Part shown: positions 49,170-58,927 of the stretch, piece by piece
How the letters are laid out: each line of letters starts with the position of its first letter
Position numbering within the stretch: the stretch's first letter is position 1
Assembly (NCBI GenBank): GCA_014384285.1
Contig: JACNGE010000011.1
Coordinates: forward strand, 20,617 to 84,616
DNA from: Actinomycetota bacterium
Lineage (GTDB): Bacteria > Actinomycetota > Acidimicrobiia > Actinomarinales > Actinomarinaceae
Length of the DNA: 64,000 nucleotides
Reading direction: 5' to 3'
Notes under the pieces: generated by a model
Seen by the model: the letters and a program-made list of their open reading frames with translations, nothing else
What the model was told of the DNA's origin: nothing
Databases searched by the model: none
Program-made: the position numbers and the translations under genes

Positions 49170-49841
49170 CTATTTTAAAGAATCTTTTTTTGTACGTTCA
49201 TCTAATCTTTTTTTAACTTCTCGTTCAATTGTTAACTCAGTATCGCTGTATTGGATATTTACTTCTGTTGGCCCTTGTTGAGCTTCTCTTAATTCCTGTA
49301 AAGTTTTTTTTGCTTCATCAATATGTATATTTTGAAATGCCTGCTTTACATGATTTAAGTAATAAATCACTTGCTGAATGGGCATAGTCTCTATTTCTCT
49401 ATCAATTCTGTCGAGACCTTTTTCGTATGTACTTAGATTTTTTTGAACAAGACTAGAAAGTATGCCTTGTGTTGCTTGGTTCAAAATAGCTACAACAGGT
49501 TCTCTCCTAAGAGCTCTGTAGATTGTACTCGGTGAAATATTATTTTTTGCAAAATCTAAACGCCATCTTGAGGAATTCGATTTGTCATATGGTTCCTCTT
49601 TAAAAATTCCAGATTCTGAATTCCAGCCGAGTTTTACTAATCTATCTTTTATCGTAAAGTTAATAGGTTCAGATAAGCTTTTAATAGAAGCTCTCTCTTT
49701 TTTTCTTGCCAGAAATCCCTCTACTAAGTCCATATCGGAAATAGATTCAAGACTATTTATTAATTCTTGATAATCTTCACTAAACCCCTCTTCAGAGGAG
49801 ACTAGGTTTGAATACCTGTGGTAGTGATAAGTAAGTTTCAT
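49170..49841 (-). pseudogene. Chimeric ORF: truncated BglII/BstYI-like restriction endonuclease N-terminus fused to an HTH/coiled-coil fragment
   Basis: S.S..IN...K..L...GW..E..IF...WRLDFAK.NIS then abrupt PSTIYRAL; the E-x-x residue expected after DFAK is missing. Confidence 0.5.
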
Positions 49842-49893
49842 ATTGCAATTATTGCTTAGGTTTAACTGATTGTAAAAAATTAATTTAAAAAGT

Positions 49894-51162
49894 TTAGATA
49901 TCGTTAATGAATGTATCTTGAAAACTCTGTCTATTAACCAACTCAACTACACTAGATTCAGTTACTGCAACCACACCTGACTTTGGTACTCTATTGTAAT
50001 TACTAGCCATAGCAAAAGTATACGCACCAGTTGATGTTGACATTAATATATCACCGGACTCCGTATCACTTGGCAACATTGCCTCTTTTACCAATAAGTC
50101 GCCACTTTCACAGTGTCTTCCAGAAACAGCATACACCGTATCTTCTCCATTTTTTCCACTAGAGATATTAAAGAGTTTGTGTTCGCTGCCATACAATGCT
50201 GGCCTTGGATTATCAGACATCCCACCATCAACAAGAATGTAGGGTTTCTCTCCACGATCATCTTTAAGCGCACCAGCAGTGTACAGTATCACGCCAGGAT
50301 TATTGACTAATGCTCTTCCAGGTTCAATCATGACCCTGTAGTCATCCTGCCAATGTTCTTGAATTCCAGCATGAATAGCATCAGCATAGACTTTTAATTC
50401 ATGGTCTACTTCATCACCTGCATAGGGTGAAAAGAACCCACCTCCAGCATCAAAGACGACTTCGGCTTGAATGGCTGCACGATGCTTATAGAGAAACTCT
50501 GCACACTCACTCATTGCTTTTTGATAACGTTCAGGATCTTTTATCTGACTACCAATATGGACATGAATGCCTGAAAACAACAAGGACGGTGCATCATAAA
50601 TCTGTTTCAAAGCCTCTTCTGCAAAACCTATTGAGATACCAAATTGCTGGTCATATCCTGTAGTCAGCACCATTGGATGTGTCTCTGCTCCCACATCTAA
50701 ATTGATACGCATAATAACTGGTTGTTGTCTGCCTAATTTAGAGGCGGCAGCTTCCAACATAGGAATCTCATAGCGATTATCAATAGAGATATGTCCACCC
50801 TCGTTTTTCATGAAAAACTCAATTTCTTCAATACTTTTATAAGTACCGTTAAATAATGTATTTTCTAAGCTTCCCGTGACTGCTTGTACAGTTGCCATCT
50901 CTCCACCTGAGACAACATCTACTCCCCAACCTTTTTCATGTAATTCTTTTACCAGAGCCTTACAGATAAATGCTTTTGCAGCGTATCGAAAAAGAGTCTC
51001 TGAACCAAAAGCATTTGAGAAGTGATCAATATTATCTTTGAGGTGCTCCCAGTCGTACACATACAATGGTGTTCCGTATTCTTTACCAACATCAAGCAAT
51101 GAAGTATCTCCTATGTGAGCGACTCCATCTTTAAATGAAAGATTAGAGGGTAAGTAATTCAT
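49894..51162 (-). CDS. lysA: Diaminopimelate decarboxylase
   Basis: YGTPLYVYD, YAAKAF, DVVSGGE, HVHIGSQ, IEPGR, HCESGD, GAY..MASNYN. Confidence 0.93.
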   Translation of the reverse strand: MNYLPSNLSFKDGVAHIGDTSLLDVGKEYGTPLYVYDWEHLKDNIDHFSNAFGSETLFRYAAKAFICKALVKELHEKGWGVDVVSGGEMATVQAVTGSLENTLFNGTYKSIEEIEFFMKNEGGHISIDNRYEIPMLEAAASKLGRQQPVIMRINLDVGAETHPMVLTTGYDQQFGISIGFAEEALKQIYDAPSLLFSGIHVHIGSQIKDPERYQKAMSECAEFLYKHRAAIQAEVVFDAGGGFFSPYAGDEVDHELKVYADAIHAGIQEHWQDDYRVMIEPGRALVNNPGVILYTAGALKDDRGEKPYILVDGGMSDNPRPALYGSEHKLFNISSGKNGEDTVYAVSGRHCESGDLLVKEAMLPSDTESGDILMSTSTGAYTFAMASNYNRVPKSGVVAVTESSVVELVNRQSFQDTFINDI

Positions 51163-51926
51163 TTTTTAAGACGACGCTTTATCCATGCAATATCTTTTTT
51201 CTGTGCCTCAACGCCACCTGGAGTTTCAACAATAATGTCTGATTTACAGTTCTTAATAACGTACTCAAGCTCTGCTTTTGGAATATTACCTTTACCTAAA
51301 TTCTCATGTCGATCTCTGCTGCTTTCAAATCCATCTTTAGAGTCATTGAAGTGAACCAGGTCTATCTGTTTAGTGAGTTTTTTAAATCCTTTTACTGCTT
51401 TCTCTGTGGGGATACCTCCAGCCCATGTGTGGCAAGTATCTAAACAAAGTCCAACATTCAAGTCACCAATCACTTCCCAGAGTCGTTCAATAGAGTCCAT
51501 ATAACGAGCAACAGAGTTTTTTCCTCCAGCAGTATTTTCTACCAATACTCGCATACCTGTGTCTTCCACAAATTCAATGGCTTTTCTCCAGTTATCGTAT
51601 CCCTCTGCAATGTCTCCACCTTCACCAACAGAACCTCCGTGAACGATAACCGCTTTAGCTCCAAATGAAGCTGCTACTTTACATGTGTCTTTAAGTAATT
51701 TTCTACTGGGATGTCTTACTTTATTGTTAGGTGTTGCCACGTTAATTAAGTAGGGTGCATGTACATATATAGGGCCTTTGTAGCCTTGCAATGCATCAAT
51801 ATCTTCACGGGGTTTAGGGCTCTTCCACATTTGAGGGCTAGAAACAAATATTTGGAATGTATCACCTTTGCGGAGTTTAATCTCCTCAATTGCATTTTTT
51901 GAAGGTATATGTGAACCAATATTCAT
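51159..51926 (-). CDS. nfo: Endonuclease IV
   Basis: IGSH, HAPYLIN, ENTAG, CLDTCH, HFNDSK, DRHEN.G.G, ETP. Confidence 0.93.
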   Translation of the reverse strand: MNIGSHIPSKNAIEEIKLRKGDTFQIFVSSPQMWKSPKPREDIDALQGYKGPIYVHAPYLINVATPNNKVRHPSRKLLKDTCKVAASFGAKAVIVHGGSVGEGGDIAEGYDNWRKAIEFVEDTGMRVLVENTAGGKNSVARYMDSIERLWEVIGDLNVGLCLDTCHTWAGGIPTEKAVKGFKKLTKQIDLVHFNDSKDGFESSRDRHENLGKGNIPKAELEYVIKNCKSDIIVETPGGVEAQKKDIAWIKRRLKK

Positions 51927-51966
51927 GGGTATATTATAAAGCAATTATAAGTTGTAAAGAAAGAAA

Positions 51967-53556
51967 TTATCCCATTACCTGTTCTGAACCAACCAGGATA
52001 TACACACACTGTGGATTGGCAAACTGTTCATTATTATCTACAACAGTAATTTCCAGTGCATTATTTACATTTTTAATTTCTACACTTGCACCCTGAGCTG
52101 TGCTTAAATCAAGATCAAGGCAGATATTCACTACTTTAATATCTGCAGCGGTAGCACCTTCAACTAACCATTTCTTTGTTGGAGCTTGTGTTGGTCCAGT
52201 ATTTAGTGAGGTTATTGTGTAATTCGTCGTTACACGTTCTGTGAAAATAAGGACTCCACCTTTTCGACTACTAAAATTACCAAATGCCAACAATTGTCGA
52301 CCATTAGATAAATCAAGAAAATCAGGGTCACCTCCTGGTGGAAGGTACTCTACTTGAGACCAAGTAACTCCATCAGGTCCTTTTCTATACTCCATGTAAT
52401 CATATGTAGGCCAGATCCACTCTACAACTCCTGTTGCATTGAGCTTAATTGCTGGGTTTGTAGTAACGTCTGTATCTCCACCATAAGAACGATCTACCTG
52501 GACACCCCAAGTAAGACCATCACTTGAAGTTGCTACACATGCTCTTCTGTTGAAGGAACCTGAAGGACTCACTAACTCTTGAACATGAAAAATCCAAGAA
52601 CCATCATTGAGTTGCGTAATTGTAGGATCTCCTAACGGTCCAAAAGAGTTTCCATCACTATCCTTACAGTCTGCTTGTAAAAACCTTGGAATATCCACTT
52701 TTTGAAAATTTACTCCATCTGAGGATTCATACTTAACTAAAGAGTCTCCTGTTGATGAAAGCTCCCAACCCCATGCAGATACTTTTCCATCAAATACTAA
52801 GGCTTCAATAGGAGACCGAACTGGAACTCGAACACCAGACTCTACAACCCATGTTCTCCCACCGTCACTAGACACCGCAGAGTGAATTAGGTTATCGTAC
52901 CCACTTATACCTGCTTGCGGTTCATTACCATTCTTAAAATATACCCTGAGTATCCCTTCACTAGTTTCTACTATTGATGGATCGGCAATGTTTCCTAGAC
53001 TATTTTCTAAACTTCTTATCGAACCTAGGTAAGAAAGGTGCATTGAGCTTAAGGTAGTTTCTTGAATTATTGGACTTCCTTGACCGGGTTGGTTGCTTTC
53101 TCCTAAAGGAGGTTTACTGCCTGCACTTCCCGGCTGACCTCCTGGCATACCAGGGTCTGGCGGAGGCGGTATATTGCATCCTTTAAAGGATTCTTTGTAT
53201 TGCTCCTGAATTGACCCTCCTGAAAGAAAATCTTTCTCCATCTGTCTAATAACATCAGCTCCTGCTTTATCTACTAAACAAATTTGTTCTCTTGCAAGTA
53301 AATTAAAAAAGATGCCTTGGGGGAACTCATTTAATAATTCTTTAACGATGTCTTCAATTGACACTGTATCTGAGGAAGTTTTTTTAATGTCTGTGTTTTC
53401 AGACTCCACACTACCTTGTGTTTCTTTTTGGGTGGTTGCTTTATCATTTTCAGTACTTTGATCTGACACAGGTTGTGAACTGTCACCTCCACCAGCACAG
53501 GCAACAACTATAAGAAAACTTACTACTGCGGTTACTGATCTGGTATTTTTTTTCAC
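51967..53556 (-). CDS. Lipoprotein with beta-propeller (glycoside hydrolase/sialidase-like) domain
   Basis: Lipobox VVAC, Pro-rich linker, repeated DP starts and S.DG.TW Asp-box-like repeats. Confidence 0.7.
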   Translation of the reverse strand: MKKNTRSVTAVVSFLIVVACAGGGDSSQPVSDQSTENDKATTQKETQGSVESENTDIKKTSSDTVSIEDIVKELLNEFPQGIFFNLLAREQICLVDKAGADVIRQMEKDFLSGGSIQEQYKESFKGCNIPPPPDPGMPGGQPGSAGSKPPLGESNQPGQGSPIIQETTLSSMHLSYLGSIRSLENSLGNIADPSIVETSEGILRVYFKNGNEPQAGISGYDNLIHSAVSSDGGRTWVVESGVRVPVRSPIEALVFDGKVSAWGWELSSTGDSLVKYESSDGVNFQKVDIPRFLQADCKDSDGNSFGPLGDPTITQLNDGSWIFHVQELVSPSGSFNRRACVATSSDGLTWGVQVDRSYGGDTDVTTNPAIKLNATGVVEWIWPTYDYMEYRKGPDGVTWSQVEYLPPGGDPDFLDLSNGRQLLAFGNFSSRKGGVLIFTERVTTNYTITSLNTGPTQAPTKKWLVEGATAADIKVVNICLDLDLSTAQGASVEIKNVNNALEITVVDNNEQFANPQCVYILVGSEQVMG

Positions 53557-53613
53557 CTAGTTTGATTATATACAATTCTTTTTTCAGAAAAAATTACGAT
53601 TTCAGTAATTTGA

Positions 53614-55998
53614 TTATTTTGAAGGGAGAAAGCCTAGAAGCCTATTAGAAAACTTATACTCGCCAACCCAGAAATGATATCCGTCCCAACTAATTCCTGA
53701 TGCCATCTTTGTACCCATATTTGTTTTATCAGTTCTTCCTCCAAAGCTCATCGTTGGGGAGCTACCAGCTAAAGCATCTGAAATTGAGTTCCAACCAATA
53801 ATCTTGTCATCGCTTGGAATAAATAATCCTTTTTCATTAAAGCTCACTTCTGATGGGCAGTCCTGACCTGGTACAGTTTGATATGAAGGTGCACTTAGAG
53901 AAGAAAGTTCTAACACTTTGAAACTTGATCCACCTGGATAACAACCAATTGCTAAATGTGTATCATTCATGTCTATTCTTCCTAAGTTTGAAAGATTTGG
54001 AAGTGAATATGTAGGGTTGTCAGATTTTCCAGGAACACCCTCCCAAATATAAATTGTATCCGAGCCTGAATCTGCAACTGCAAAATAACTGCCGTTATAA
54101 GCTATTCCTCTAACACCTTGAAATGTGATATTACCAATAGACTTTTCATTTAAATCAAAACTGTAGTTACCTGTATTTATTGTATTTTCAATATCGCTCC
54201 ATCCAAATACACTGTTACCGCCTGCTAAATAAATCTCTTTACCGTGAACAACTAAGTCCCAAGGTGGTTGATCGAACCTTCTCATGACTATATCTGGTGT
54301 AGCACCAGAACTTCCAGGAAGCTGTTTCCAAATTGAAAGCGATCTATCGAAATCAGATGAGACAAAAAGCATTGAACCATTAGAGTCAATTATTGGATTT
54401 TGAATAATAAATTCGTCTATCAAAGGGTAGTCTGTCGGTTCGTTAGCAAGTAGTGCCCAGTCTGGTTTCTCTGTTGGAGAAGTAGGAATTGTATCAAAAA
54501 CAGATATTCGGTTTCCATTATATTCAGCAACAAATAATTTACCATCTACAACTGTTGCTCCTCCATCATCTCCGCCAGCCCATCTATGGCCTTCTCCTGG
54601 ATTAGCTATTTTTACATTTATCTGTAATTCTTGCGTACTGGTATAAAGTTCATCATAAAAATACATGGTCTCTCCACCTGCAGCAATACCATAAATTTTT
54701 GAATCATGAATAGTACCTGCGAGCCAGTTGTCTATACAGGCGTCTGGATCTCTTGAAGATGTTGGCCATGAAGTCCATACATGGGTTGAGCGAGTCCCGT
54801 TTAACCCTATACATGGACCATTTGCATTTTCATCACCAAGCATTACATAGTTACCATCTGAAAGAATAGACCTAGGAGTACCAACTTGACTCGATGTTAA
54901 AACAACATCTGGCGATATGGATGGACCTGGAAAAGAGTTCCAAAATAAAACTGCTTTTGCGACAGTTGCTGTAACAACAACTTTCGTGCCATCTGACCAA
55001 ACACCCCAAGGCCACGAGTCACCAAAATTTACATAGTTAGTAATTGGGAGTGCATAATCAGCAGTCTGGCCAGAAGATGATGGAAAGGATGTCCAAACAA
55101 GGACTCTATTATTATCTGAATCCGCTACTAGTACTTTTCCATCGGGAGTAATAATTACTTGACCTGGAAAATCCATATTGTTTAAACCAGTTCCAGAATT
55201 ATGTGTTGTAAAATTTGCTTGTCCTAAAACTAAATCTGGTGGTGTGTTTGATGAGGGAATAGTGTTCCAGATTAATACTCTATTGTTGAATCTGTCAGTA
55301 ACGGCTAGCTTTCCATAATTTGCTGAAATTGAGACAGGGTGATTTAACTTGTTAGCACCTCCTGTATTATTGAACCCATAGCCGGAAAGTAGAATGTCTC
55401 CTGTTTCATTTAACCCATACCCAGTTTTTCCATTTGAGGTCGCAACAGAGTAATTTGGGGAGTATTCATAAACACTCAAGTCATACCATGAACCCATGTT
55501 TTTTTCATCATCACGATCTGGATTAGAGTTCCCTGAGGGAGGTGTTGCGCTATCACCATTATTATCGCTTCCTCCTGCGGGTGGTTGAGCTACATTGTTT
55601 GAACTACTTGGATCTTCGAAGCATGCAATCACAATTCCTGACTCAAAGCTATCTGGGTTTAAATCAGTGACTATATTTTGATAAATCTCAGTTGGCAATG
55701 ACTTAGAGATGCACTCTAAAACCTCGTCTTCTGCTTCTTTTAAGATTTCTACAGCTTTTTCTATATCACCACCACTATTTTGAGGTGGTGGCGGATTGTC
55801 TCCTCCTTGAGGTGGTGGCGGATTTTCTTGTTTTTTATCATTCTCTGGCAAATTTTCCTCTCCAGGAGGAGGCATATTTTCCAAACCTGGAGGGTCTGTG
55901 GGAGGCGGATTTTCTTTAATTTCTGAAGTATTTTCTGGACTAGAACAGGCTTGAAAGAGTAGAAAGAGTATTAACCCTATATTTATTGACTTTTTCAT
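53614..55998 (-). CDS. Lipoprotein with NHL-like beta-propeller repeats
   Basis: Lipobox FQAC, Pro-rich linker, repeated V.D..NNRVL.W...P....PD.VLG. Confidence 0.75.
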   Translation of the reverse strand: MKKSINIGLILFLLFQACSSPENTSEIKENPPPTDPPGLENMPPPGEENLPENDKKQENPPPPQGGDNPPPPQNSGGDIEKAVEILKEAEDEVLECISKSLPTEIYQNIVTDLNPDSFESGIVIACFEDPSSSNNVAQPPAGGSDNNGDSATPPSGNSNPDRDDEKNMGSWYDLSVYEYSPNYSVATSNGKTGYGLNETGDILLSGYGFNNTGGANKLNHPVSISANYGKLAVTDRFNNRVLIWNTIPSSNTPPDLVLGQANFTTHNSGTGLNNMDFPGQVIITPDGKVLVADSDNNRVLVWTSFPSSSGQTADYALPITNYVNFGDSWPWGVWSDGTKVVVTATVAKAVLFWNSFPGPSISPDVVLTSSQVGTPRSILSDGNYVMLGDENANGPCIGLNGTRSTHVWTSWPTSSRDPDACIDNWLAGTIHDSKIYGIAAGGETMYFYDELYTSTQELQINVKIANPGEGHRWAGGDDGGATVVDGKLFVAEYNGNRISVFDTIPTSPTEKPDWALLANEPTDYPLIDEFIIQNPIIDSNGSMLFVSSDFDRSLSIWKQLPGSSGATPDIVMRRFDQPPWDLVVHGKEIYLAGGNSVFGWSDIENTINTGNYSFDLNEKSIGNITFQGVRGIAYNGSYFAVADSGSDTIYIWEGVPGKSDNPTYSLPNLSNLGRIDMNDTHLAIGCYPGGSSFKVLELSSLSAPSYQTVPGQDCPSEVSFNEKGLFIPSDDKIIGWNSISDALAGSSPTMSFGGRTDKTNMGTKMASGISWDGYHFWVGEYKFSNRLLGFLPSK

Positions 55999-56159
55999 AT
56001 ATATTCTATTATACGAAAATTTAATGAAATATAAATATTTAATAAATAATCAGTAGACTTATTACTAAGACTTCCTTTTGTGCCTTGAACCACTTTAACA
56101 GGGCATGATAAAGCAAAAATTACAGCCACGAGGGAGTCTTTTGCATTTTTTCTTGGAAT

Positions 56160-57437
56160 TTAATTTTTTATATGTATTTTTAAGTCTTTTCTTGGAAAAG
56201 GAATAGGTGCAGGATTAACTATAAGTGGTTCTGTTGATGAAATCTCCTCGATGTTTGAAACTAATTTATAAATGACATTTTTAAACAAATAACTAGCAAA
56301 GAACTTCCCAAGGCAGGTGTGTGCTCCCCCAGAAAATGGGTAATAAGCTTCATTTGGTTCTTCTGTGTTTAAAAATCGCCTTGGATTGTATTTCTCAGGT
56401 TCCTGCCAGTAACGATTATCATTATGTAAAACAAGGGGACCAATAGCAACATAAGTTCCTGCCTCTAATTTATAATTATCAACAACTGTATCCCTCATAA
56501 CATATCTTACTGAGAAAGGGACAGGTGGGTACATTCTCATAGCTTCAGAAAATAAAGACTCCCCTTTAATACCATTTTTTAAGTCTGTGGTATCTGTATA
56601 AGACATCTCACTACATTCCTCTCTCAATTCTTGATAAAAAGTCTGGTCTATAGAGAGATGGTGAATAGCAGAAGTTAATGTACTTGTAGTTGTGTCATGA
56701 GCAGCGAGTAGTAAAAAAATCATGTGCTCAGCAATTTCATAATTGCTTAATCCACCTTCATGTTTATTTGTTTTAACTAATTCTGCAAACAAAGTATTTG
56801 ATTCTGTATTTACATTTTCTGCTTTATTTTCAAAATATTCAAGTAGGGACTTTCTAGCTTTAAGGCCTTTTCTTAACTTGGTAAAAGGTAATGGGATTCT
56901 TACCACAGAGGTTGCAGATTTGATTGCATCGGTAAACAACTTTTCTAGTTCCTTTTGTCTAGAGCTGTCAATTTCATCAAAGAAAAGTTCAAGGGAGATT
57001 TTAAACATTAACTCTTTTATGGTCGCATACAAGTTAAATGATTTGCTATTTTGTAGATCGTCAATCCAAGAGTCAAGCAAGGGTTGTACTATCTGTAAAT
57101 AGTTAGCTAAAGCATCTCGTCTAAAAGAGTCTTGTAGTAAACCTCTATGAAATCTATGATCATCAAAATCTCTTAACATCAAACCATTTTCAAAGGTCTT
57201 TCCTAGAGAAAATTCCCATCCATGCTTGGATGAAAAATTATCTTCTGTGTCAAGATAAATGTGTTTTGTTGCACTAGGGGTCATAAACAATGTCACTCTT
57301 TTGTGCAGAATGGAGATTTCGAAGATATCACCGTGCTTTTGTTGTAAGTTTTTAACTAATGATAAAGCATCATTATTAAATTTTATTGAGTGACCAAAAA
57401 GGAAGTTTCCTTTATCTAGTGGTGGCTTAGTCATCAT
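56160..57437 (-). CDS. Cytochrome P450
   Basis: AAHDTT, EAMR (ExxR), P.RF, FSGGAHTCLG. Confidence 0.95.
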   Translation of the reverse strand: MMTKPPLDKGNFLFGHSIKFNNDALSLVKNLQQKHGDIFEISILHKRVTLFMTPSATKHIYLDTEDNFSSKHGWEFSLGKTFENGLMLRDFDDHRFHRGLLQDSFRRDALANYLQIVQPLLDSWIDDLQNSKSFNLYATIKELMFKISLELFFDEIDSSRQKELEKLFTDAIKSATSVVRIPLPFTKLRKGLKARKSLLEYFENKAENVNTESNTLFAELVKTNKHEGGLSNYEIAEHMIFLLLAAHDTTTSTLTSAIHHLSIDQTFYQELREECSEMSYTDTTDLKNGIKGESLFSEAMRMYPPVPFSVRYVMRDTVVDNYKLEAGTYVAIGPLVLHNDNRYWQEPEKYNPRRFLNTEEPNEAYYPFSGGAHTCLGKFFASYLFKNVIYKLVSNIEEISSTEPLIVNPAPIPFPRKDLKIHIKN

Positions 57438-57468
57438 ATATAGATAACTGTAAATAAAAATATTTTAA

Positions 57469-57556
57469 AAAGCAAAAATCCCAGTTGATCTTGCGACCCT
57501 CCGGGATTTTCTATTCTATTTCATTTTCGGTCTTGCGACTTCTTTTTCTATAGTGT
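57469..57556 (-). ncRNA. Putative sRNA, copy 1
   Basis: 88-nt element with two GUCGCAAGA hairpins and AAAAUCCCGG...CUGGGAUUUUU terminator; 84/88 identical to copy 2. Confidence 0.65.
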
Positions 57557-57562
57557 GTAATA

Positions 57563-57618
57563 AATGTACCTAACTATCGGCATTTTGGCAAAATTTTTTA
57601 AGGTGTTTTTTTCGCGAA
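57563..57618 (-). promoter_or_regulatory. Sigma70-type promoter and upstream palindrome for sRNA copy 1
   Basis: TTGCCA-17-TACATT; TTCGCGAA at 57611-57618, 19 nt upstream of -35. Confidence 0.65.
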
Positions 57619-57669
57619 CTTTTATGCATATTATTTATATTTTTATTGAATTTTGAATATTATCTACTT

Positions 57670-58146
57670 ATGAACATAAGGTTGTTTAAAAAAAGTGATT
57701 GGAATCAGGTTAAGACAATCTACCAATTAGGAATAGATACAGGTGTAGCAACTTTTGAGACTACTCCTCCAGCAAATGTCTCACTCTGGTTAGCAAAAAT
57801 AAATCCTAAATTGACTTTTGTTTTAGGGGAGGGAGATGAACTACATGGATGGATAACATTAAGTAAAATATCTTCGCGGTGTGTCTACGAAGGGGTAGGG
57901 GAAATCTCAATTTATGTTCACCCACATTACCAAAAAAGGCATGTAGGCAAACTGCTTTATCGACATCTAGAAACAGAGGCTAAAAACTGTGGGTACTGGA
58001 CCTTACAAGCACAACTCTTTACAGAGAATCTTGCCTCGAAAGAATTTTTTGAAAAACAGGGTTTTAGACAAGTTGGAACAAGAAAGCGAATAGGGCAGTT
58101 GGAAAATCGTTGGATTGATAATTACCTCTATGAAAAAAGTTTATAA
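57670..58146 (+). CDS. GNAT N-acetyltransferase (phosphinothricin/ArsN-like)
   Basis: IY..GI....ATFET..P, S.R.VY.GV.E.SIYVHP, N.AS..F.EK.GFR.VG. Confidence 0.88.
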   Translation: MNIRLFKKSDWNQVKTIYQLGIDTGVATFETTPPANVSLWLAKINPKLTFVLGEGDELHGWITLSKISSRCVYEGVGEISIYVHPHYQKRHVGKLLYRHLETEAKNCGYWTLQAQLFTENLASKEFFEKQGFRQVGTRKRIGQLENRWIDNYLYEKSL

Positions 58147-58184
58147 ATTAGAAATAAATTCTTTTAAGTTGTAATTAACATTAC

Positions 58185-58272
58185 AAAGCAAAAATCCCAG
58201 TTGATCTTGCGACCCTCCGGGATTTTCTACACTATTTCTTTTTCGGTCTTGCGACTTCTTTTTCTTTAGTGT
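58185..58272 (-). ncRNA. Putative sRNA, copy 2
   Basis: Ungapped direct repeat of 57469-57556 at offset 716; convergent with GNAT gene. Confidence 0.65.
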
Positions 58273-58278
58273 CTTATA

Positions 58279-58334
58279 AATATACGTTAGTTTTTACTCT
58301 TACGCAAGATATTTACTAATCTATTTTTCGCGAA
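58279..58334 (-). promoter_or_regulatory. Sigma70-type promoter and upstream palindrome for sRNA copy 2
   Basis: TTGCGT-17-TATATT; TTCGCGAA at 58327-58334, 19 nt upstream of -35. Confidence 0.65.
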
Positions 58335-58422
58335 GTTTGAGAGCTTTTTGCAGCTTGGATAACTGCGCATTTAACAACAACAAAGATGGATTAAACATGG
58401 TGAGAAAATCTTTTATCTATTT

Positions 58423-58908
58423 TTAAGTTACATTTCCAGAATTTAGGTCATCAATAAAGCTCTGCAACTCATCGGTGTCCGTATTTTCTATCAAGACAGA
58501 GTAGGTCTCTTTATCAAAGATAAGCTTTAGATATTCCTCCTCTAAAATGACTTTTCGTAAATCTTGAATATCTTCGACAACAGTTAATAACTTTTCTGAT
58601 GTTCTCATTGCTATTTTGTATTCTGAGACTTCAAGTATTGGTTGAAACATGCTTTGTACAGCAGTAAATAATTGGAAGCCACCAACAATTAGAATGAGGT
58701 AGTATAAAACCTCCTCTCTGGGGTTAGAGCCAAACTCATTTAAGGTAATGTAGTTTTTTAAAAACTCTCTAAACGGCCCATTAAAAATGTTATCAATAGA
58801 AACATAGGAGAGGAAAAAACCTGTAAGAAGGATTGGGGTCATTTTTTGTTGTGTTCTATAAAGTGTTCTTTGCATAATTTTATTTCTTTTCTTATCAGAA
58901 TAACTCAA
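58423..58908 (-). CDS. Hypothetical 2-TM protein
   Basis: Two TM helices plus soluble C-terminal domain; start uncertain. Confidence 0.55.
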   Translation of the reverse strand: MSYSDKKRNKIMQRTLYRTQQKMTPILLTGFFLSYVSIDNIFNGPFREFLKNYITLNEFGSNPREEVLYYLILIVGGFQLFTAVQSMFQPILEVSEYKIAMRTSEKLLTVVEDIQDLRKVILEEEYLKLIFDKETYSVLIENTDTDELQSFIDDLNSGNVT

Positions 58909-58927
58909 TTTGGCTATTGTTTTTGTA

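Noticed and set aside
56078..56125. SAM-II/SAM-V riboswitch
   Set aside because: TTGAAC and GATAAAGC are only superficially similar; the P2 partner is missing and the strand is opposite to flanking genes.
57469..57556. Guanidine-II (mini-ykkC) riboswitch
   Set aside because: Twin hairpins have GCAA loops, not ACGR, and copy 2 has no downstream same-strand gene.
39344..58146. Arsenic resistance operon (arsC, aquaporin, ArsN-like GNAT)
   Set aside because: Genes are about 9 kb apart with no arsR or acr3; no operon can be claimed.
57469..58272. Mobile cassette (IS, integron attC or att repeats) carrying the GNAT gene
   Set aside because: No transposase or integrase, no terminal inverted repeats or attC cores; each repeat has its own promoter and terminator. 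A duplication that captured the GNAT gene is not excluded.
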